From: an uncultured Candidatus Saccharibacteria bacterium
GTDB lineage: Bacteria > Patescibacteriota > Minisyncoccia > Phycocordibacterales > UBA918
NCBI GenBank assembly: GCA_964626635.1
Contig: CAZVFY010000002.1
Coordinates: 72,415-136,414 of the forward strand
DNA: 64,000 nucleotides
Direction of reading: 5' to 3'
The notes beneath the pieces are model-generated. The model saw only the letters and a list, made by a program, of their open reading frames with translations. It was not told the DNA's origin and made no database searches. Positions 58,907-64,000 of the stretch are shown piece by piece. How positions within the stretch are numbered: position 1 is the first letter of the stretch; each line of letters opens with the position of its first letter. The translations under genes and the position numbers were made by a program.

Positions 58907-60625
58907 ATGCGCAAACGTGACCGCACTATCCGAATACGAGTCGTGGCTGGGGTGCTGTGCGTGGTCGCACTATTCCTAGTGTCCCGCAGTTACTACATAC
59001 AAGTCGCCCGCGGCGCCGAATTCTCGGTCGAGGCGAACAACCAATACGTGCATAGCAGTAGCGGCCAGTACACGAGAGGGTCGATTTATTACACAACGCG
59101 TACTGGCGAGCGATTGTCGGCGGCCTCGTTGCGTGCAGGCTACACGGTCGCGGTCAATCCCCAAAAAGTTATTGATGCTACCGAGCTGTGTCAGCAGCTA
59201 GTAGCGGTGCTACCAGTTGAACGCGATGTCTGTGTGCGGCGCAGTACCCTGCCGCAGCGCACCTACGTCGAACTAGCGACCCGGATTGACGAGGAAACGA
59301 GTAACATCGTCCGTACCATCGAATCAAGCGCCCTGCACATCGTACCGGTGCAGTGGCGGTACTATCCGGGCGGGGAATTATCGTCAAGAGTAGTGGGATT
59401 CGTTGGACACACCAATGATTCCGAGGAACTTCGTGGACTTTACGGTCTCGAGCGAGAATACGATGACACACTATTCCAGACCAGTAACTTGCGCCGCGTC
59501 AATCACTTTGCCAAGTTGTTCTCGGATCTTGGCGAATACGTACCCAATCAAAAGGGTGTGGGCGTCGGTGACATCGTCACTACTCTCGAACCAACGGTAT
59601 CCAGAATGCTCGAGTCAACACTGCAACAGACTCACGAGCAATACGACAGCCAACTAACCGGCGCGATCATCATGCGGCCTGATACTGGCGCGATTGTCGC
59701 CATGAGCGCGGTGCCTGGATTTGACGCCAATGACCGAGCGGGTGCCACCATCGATCAGTTCCGTAATCCGCTGGTCGAGAATGTCTACGAATTTGGCTCG
59801 ACCATCAAGGCTTTGACGGTGGCGGCTGGTCTCGACGGAGCGGTCATCACGCCCCGCAGTACCTACGTAGATGCGGGTTCGCTGTCGCTTGACGGGTTTA
59901 CGATTCACAATTTTGACGGTCGCGCTCGGGGGGAAGTGCTCGTCCAAGAAATCCTCAGCCAGTCCCTCAATACAGGAGTGTCACACATTGTGCAGTTACT
60001 TGGCAAAGAACGATTCCGTGAATACTTTCTGAGGTTTGGGCTCGGTGAGCGGTCTGGGGTAGACTTGCCGAACGAGGCGCCCGGACTCGTCGACAACCTC
60101 TACGCCAACACTGATGTCGAGTACGCTACGGCATCATTCGGGCAGGGGATCGCGGTGTCACCAGTGGCGGCGACGCGTGCCCTCGCATCACTAGCGAACG
60201 GGGGATATTTGGTTACGCCGCATATCGGTCACGAAATCGCGCTAGATACCGGATTGACGGAAACCCTCGAGCAGCCAGAGTCAACCCAAGTGTTGTCGGC
60301 TAGGGCTAGTGACGAGATATCCCGGATGCTCGTCACGGTAGTAGACGAAGCGCTGCGCGGTGGCGGCGTGGCTCTACCCAATCACACGATTGCCGCTAAA
60401 ACTGGTACGGCCCAGATACCTGACCCGGTCAATGGTGGATATTACGAAGACAAATTCCTACACTCGTTTTTTGGGTACTTTCCGGCCTATGATCCAGAAT
60501 TCATTGTCTTTTTATATACAGTCGAGCCGCAGGGTGTACGGTACGCGTCGGAAACGCTGACTGAACCGTTTATGACGATGACTGAATTCCTGATAAACTA
60601 CTACACAATACCCCCTGATCGATAA
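58907..60625 (+). CDS. ftsI: Penicillin-binding protein (FtsI/PBP3)
   Basis: GSTIK, SLN, KTGTAQ; dcw synteny. Confidence 0.9.
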   Translation: MRKRDRTIRIRVVAGVLCVVALFLVSRSYYIQVARGAEFSVEANNQYVHSSSGQYTRGSIYYTTRTGERLSAASLRAGYTVAVNPQKVIDATELCQQLVAVLPVERDVCVRRSTLPQRTYVELATRIDEETSNIVRTIESSALHIVPVQWRYYPGGELSSRVVGFVGHTNDSEELRGLYGLEREYDDTLFQTSNLRRVNHFAKLFSDLGEYVPNQKGVGVGDIVTTLEPTVSRMLESTLQQTHEQYDSQLTGAIIMRPDTGAIVAMSAVPGFDANDRAGATIDQFRNPLVENVYEFGSTIKALTVAAGLDGAVITPRSTYVDAGSLSLDGFTIHNFDGRARGEVLVQEILSQSLNTGVSHIVQLLGKERFREYFLRFGLGERSGVDLPNEAPGLVDNLYANTDVEYATASFGQGIAVSPVAATRALASLANGGYLVTPHIGHEIALDTGLTETLEQPESTQVLSARASDEISRMLVTVVDEALRGGGVALPNHTIAAKTGTAQIPDPVNGGYYEDKFLHSFFGYFPAYDPEFIVFLYTVEPQGVRYASETLTEPFMTMTEFLINYYTIPPDR

Positions 60626-60634
60626 TAGTGATGT

Positions 60635-61924
60635 ATGAAAAATCTTTTTAAACAGCTGGTAATTACAGTATTGCAATGGGAGGCCCGGCTGGTGCTGCGC
60701 CGCCACCGGCCGACCGTCGTCTGTATCACCGGTAGTGTCGGCAAAACCACCACCAAAGACGCCATCTACGCCGCTGTCAGTGACTCCGTACCGGCTCGCA
60801 AAAGCGAAAAAAGCTACAACTCTGAATTTGGGGTGCCGCTCACCGTATTGGGGCTGCGCAACGGCTGGAATAATCCTTTCTTGTGGGTATTGATTCTGAT
60901 TGAGGGGGCTGTGGTGGCGCTATTTTCTAGGCGGTATCCAGCCGTACTGATATTAGAAACTGGCGTTGATCACCCCGGTGATATGCAGCGCCTCACCAGC
61001 TGGCTGACACCGGACGTGGTCGTGCTGACCAGGTTCCCGACGGTGCCTGTCCACGTCGAGCAGTTCGACGGCCCAGAATACGTGATCGAGGAGAAAATGG
61101 ATTTGCCTCGTGCCTTGCGCCAGAATGGTGTGCTCATTATTAACGCCGATGATGATCTGGTGATGAACGCAGCCAAAGAAATACGTCAGACGCACATCAC
61201 GTACGGACGCTATCGCGAGGCGGCAGTCCGCACCACTGACGTCAGTCTGACCTACGTCGACAATCGCCCGGCCGGCACCAAATTTACCATCACCAGTCCG
61301 TCTGGCGCAGCGGACGTAGTCATCAATGGTGTGCTCGGGGAGCAGCAAGCATACGCCGCAGCGGCAGCCGCTGCAGTCGCTGGTCATCTAGGAGTGACAA
61401 TGCCGGACGCTGCCGCCGGACTGGGGACGCTCGTGCCTCCCCGTGGCCGTATGCGAGTCTTACCTGGATTGAAGGGTACCACCCTGATTGATGATACCTA
61501 CAACTCTTCACCTGCGGCTGCTGTCCACGCTCTTGAGACCTTGGCCAAGATCAAACACGCCAAACGACGCATCGTCGTGATGGGAGACATGCTGGAACTT
61601 GGACGTTTCTCCAAAGAAGAGCACCTAGCGATCGGCAAGACGGTCGCCACTGTCGGCGACGTGCTGCTGACGGTCGGGGTACGGGCCCGCGGCGTGGCGC
61701 GCGGCGCGCTCAATCACGGTATGGACGAAGCCAATATATTGCAATACGAAAAGACTGACCGCGCTGGCCGCGAGCTGCAAACTCTGTTGCAGCCGGGCGA
61801 TGTGGTGTTGGTGAAAGGTTCGCAAGGTATACGAATGGAACGGATCGTCAAAGAAGTCATGAACGAACCAGACCGCGCCAGCGAATTGCTAGTACGCCAA
61901 GAATCCGTGTGGGATAAGCGGTAG
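60635..61924 (+). CDS. murF: Mur ligase, MurF-like
   Basis: ITGSVGKTTTK, DDTYNSSP, GDMLELG, LVKGS. Confidence 0.88.
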   Translation: MKNLFKQLVITVLQWEARLVLRRHRPTVVCITGSVGKTTTKDAIYAAVSDSVPARKSEKSYNSEFGVPLTVLGLRNGWNNPFLWVLILIEGAVVALFSRRYPAVLILETGVDHPGDMQRLTSWLTPDVVVLTRFPTVPVHVEQFDGPEYVIEEKMDLPRALRQNGVLIINADDDLVMNAAKEIRQTHITYGRYREAAVRTTDVSLTYVDNRPAGTKFTITSPSGAADVVINGVLGEQQAYAAAAAAAVAGHLGVTMPDAAAGLGTLVPPRGRMRVLPGLKGTTLIDDTYNSSPAAAVHALETLAKIKHAKRRIVVMGDMLELGRFSKEEHLAIGKTVATVGDVLLTVGVRARGVARGALNHGMDEANILQYEKTDRAGRELQTLLQPGDVVLVKGSQGIRMERIVKEVMNEPDRASELLVRQESVWDKR

Positions 61925-61968
61925 CGGGCTAGCTCGTAGCCACGACCAATACTGATCGAGCCAGGCAA

Positions 61969-63102
61969 TCAGTGGCTATGACCGTGTCCGCCCCCGTGTG
62001 CATGACTATGCCCGTGCCGCGAGCCGTGTTTGGGTATGTAGTCTTTTAAAACATAGACCGCCAATACCGTGACAATTGGCACCGTACAAATTAGTCCAAT
62101 ACTACCGACAATCATCCGGACGATCTCGGTCGCGAATAATTCGCTGTTGAGCGCCAGTGATAGACTACTGGCCGAGTGAAAATAAAATAGCAGCAATGGT
62201 AACGCCGCTCCGGTGTACGCCAGCACCAGCGTATTCACTAGTGCTCCGACGTGTTCACGACCCACGCGCAGCGCTCGCCCGTAGACTTCGCGCCGAGTGA
62301 TTACTTTGTTACTGGTAAACAGCTCAGTTACTACAGCTGCCTGAGTAATCGCGATATCATCCAGCACCCCCAGAACTCCGACAATTATGGCTGCCAGCAA
62401 CAACAACGTAAAGTCTATCTGTCCACCCGTGGCAATATTCAATGTGGTGGAACCGTCTGCGCCAAATCCACTGAGACTGGTGAGTGCGACAGCCCACAGC
62501 GCGACCAACATCGTTACGCCGACTGCGATCATCGTGCCAGCGTACGCCACTAGCGATTCACGATTGAAGCCATGCGTAAAGAATATTGCTGCAAACAGCA
62601 CCAGTCCGGCTACGACACTGGCGAGTAGGAGGGGATTGTAGCCAGCGAGAATGCCTGGTAATAAGACGCCGAACACTGCTAGCAAACTACCACCGAGCGA
62701 ACCAATCGACCGTACCCCTTGCCAGCCACTGAGCGCAATGACCGCCGCCACAAACATCAGCGCCAATACGCCTAGTTCGAATCTACGATCAACGTACAAC
62801 ACCCCGTAGGCCTCTGAATTATCAATAAATACGCTGCGTTGATAGTAAAACCGATCGTTAACCTCTAGTCCCAAATAATCATCATTTACCGTAATGACTT
62901 CGCCAGTTTGTTGGCCCGAGAGGACCTGGGCGCGCAGAGTTTGTAGCTGAGTTGTCGTGTCTGTACCGGGAATGATGGTGTCGGTTTGTTCGACGATTTC
63001 TATTACCTTGGCGCGTTCGATCGCTGCAGTGTCTTGATGGACTGTCTGCGCGCTCGCCAGGAAGGGAAATAACAATACTATAGAAGCCAAAGGCATTTTC
63101 AT
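61969..63102 (-). CDS. YibE/F-family membrane protein with His-rich tail
   Basis: LGVLDDIAITQ, VNTLVLAY.G, EIVR..VGSIG. Confidence 0.88.
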   Translation of the reverse strand: MKMPLASIVLLFPFLASAQTVHQDTAAIERAKVIEIVEQTDTIIPGTDTTTQLQTLRAQVLSGQQTGEVITVNDDYLGLEVNDRFYYQRSVFIDNSEAYGVLYVDRRFELGVLALMFVAAVIALSGWQGVRSIGSLGGSLLAVFGVLLPGILAGYNPLLLASVVAGLVLFAAIFFTHGFNRESLVAYAGTMIAVGVTMLVALWAVALTSLSGFGADGSTTLNIATGGQIDFTLLLLAAIIVGVLGVLDDIAITQAAVVTELFTSNKVITRREVYGRALRVGREHVGALVNTLVLAYTGAALPLLLFYFHSASSLSLALNSELFATEIVRMIVGSIGLICTVPIVTVLAVYVLKDYIPKHGSRHGHSHAHGGGHGHSH

Positions 63103-63206
63103 GACCTCAAGTATACGACATTTGTCTGGGTTAGGTAGCCTAGCCTCGATTAGTGTTGCACAAGATACATTTGCACGGTTATGTACAATATGTTATAATT
63201 GTACGT

Positions 63207-63758
63207 ATGCAAAAAACGCACATCAAAAATCCAGCCATTAACAATTCGTTAGTACTCGTGACTGCTAAAGAACAAGGCAAATTATACGAGATCAAAGGCA
63301 ACACTCTACAGATCATTGACTACGTAGCCGAACACCCACCAGAATATTCTGATAATGAGGGCTACTTTATGCGCTCGGGTGGGGGTGAACTATATGGCAG
63401 CGGCAATCCCCGAGAAGAAGACGACAAGGCCAATCTCGACCGTTTTATCAATGCAATTGAGCAAGAAGCCAGCGAAGCCCTCAAGCGTGGCGCGTACGAA
63501 CGCATCCTGGTCATTGAACCTGAACACCTTAAAGGCAAGGTCGCAGCGCACATCAATAACCCATCCCATCTGCCGGTCGAAGTCGTGGCGTACGGAAACT
63601 ATGTGCAGCATGACCCCAACGCATTGGCCGAATTGCTCGACTGGCATAACAACGAGCAGCTAGATCCAGCCGATCCAGCGTCAGTGGCCGGTGAAGAGAA
63701 CGCCGAAGAAAAGCGCAAGATCCTAGAAACTGCCGAATTACTCCGCAACCAATCGTAA
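63207..63758 (+). CDS. Hypothetical protein, possibly host-attachment/baeRF-like fold
   Basis: Pattern YSDNEG...F...I.......YERILVIEP; family call tentative. Confidence 0.5.
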   Translation: MQKTHIKNPAINNSLVLVTAKEQGKLYEIKGNTLQIIDYVAEHPPEYSDNEGYFMRSGGGELYGSGNPREEDDKANLDRFINAIEQEASEALKRGAYERILVIEPEHLKGKVAAHINNPSHLPVEVVAYGNYVQHDPNALAELLDWHNNEQLDPADPASVAGEENAEEKRKILETAELLRNQS

Positions 63759-63760
63759 AT

Positions 63761-63973
63761 ATGAAATTCAATAAAGGCGACAGTATCAAATGGAATTGGG
63801 GCAACGGTGAAGGGGAAGGCAAAGTCACGGAGACATTTACCGAAGAGGTGACTAAAACTATCAGCGGGTCCGATATCACCCGCAAGGCAGATACTGACAA
63901 CCCAGCCTATCTCATCACACAGGACGATGGCGACAAAGTCCTCAAATCCGAATCAGAATTATCAGCTATGTAA
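63761..63973 (+). CDS. DUF2945 / Hva1-TUDOR-like small protein
   Basis: GD.IKWNWG.G...GKV, PAYLI.QDDG..VLK..SEL. Confidence 0.8.
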   Translation: MKFNKGDSIKWNWGNGEGEGKVTETFTEEVTKTISGSDITRKADTDNPAYLITQDDGDKVLKSESELSAM

Positions 63974-64000
63974 TTAATCTCGATCGCGCAGTACTAGCCT

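Overview
Gene-dense bacterial chromosomal segment using the standard genetic code (TGA is a stop). The compact, divergent housekeeping genes (short ProRS, degenerate PriA and HolB, minimal mraZ-rsmH-ftsL-ftsI-mur cluster, two mreB paralogs) suggest a Patescibacteria/CPR (Parcubacteria-like) genome, which is an inference from gene content only. The window holds translation, repair and cell-wall genes, tRNA-Asn, a class I FBP aldolase, a GT4-GH57-GH15 alpha-glucan cluster, a complete V/A-type ATPase operon whose c-subunit has Na+-type ligands, an adjacent ApbE/FMN-protein/RnfD-FNR flavinylation module, and a VirD4/TraG-like ATPase with two low-complexity proteins. No integrase, transposase or CRISPR array was seen. 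The most unusual signals are below gene level. (1) Long palindromic elements sit in-frame inside truB and prmC, and the two truB hairpins have unrelated stems but share a conserved 26-nt loop with a C-GNA-G minihairpin. (2) Many genes appear leaderless, with a -10 hexamer 6-8 nt before the ATG, including one exactly symmetric bidirectional promoter. (3) A few self-contained Shine-Dalgarno-led cassettes encode small proteins missed by the ORF track. (4) A glutaredoxin carries a ribonucleotide-reductase-like C-terminal CxxC tail. All product calls come from motif recognition by eye; no database search was run.
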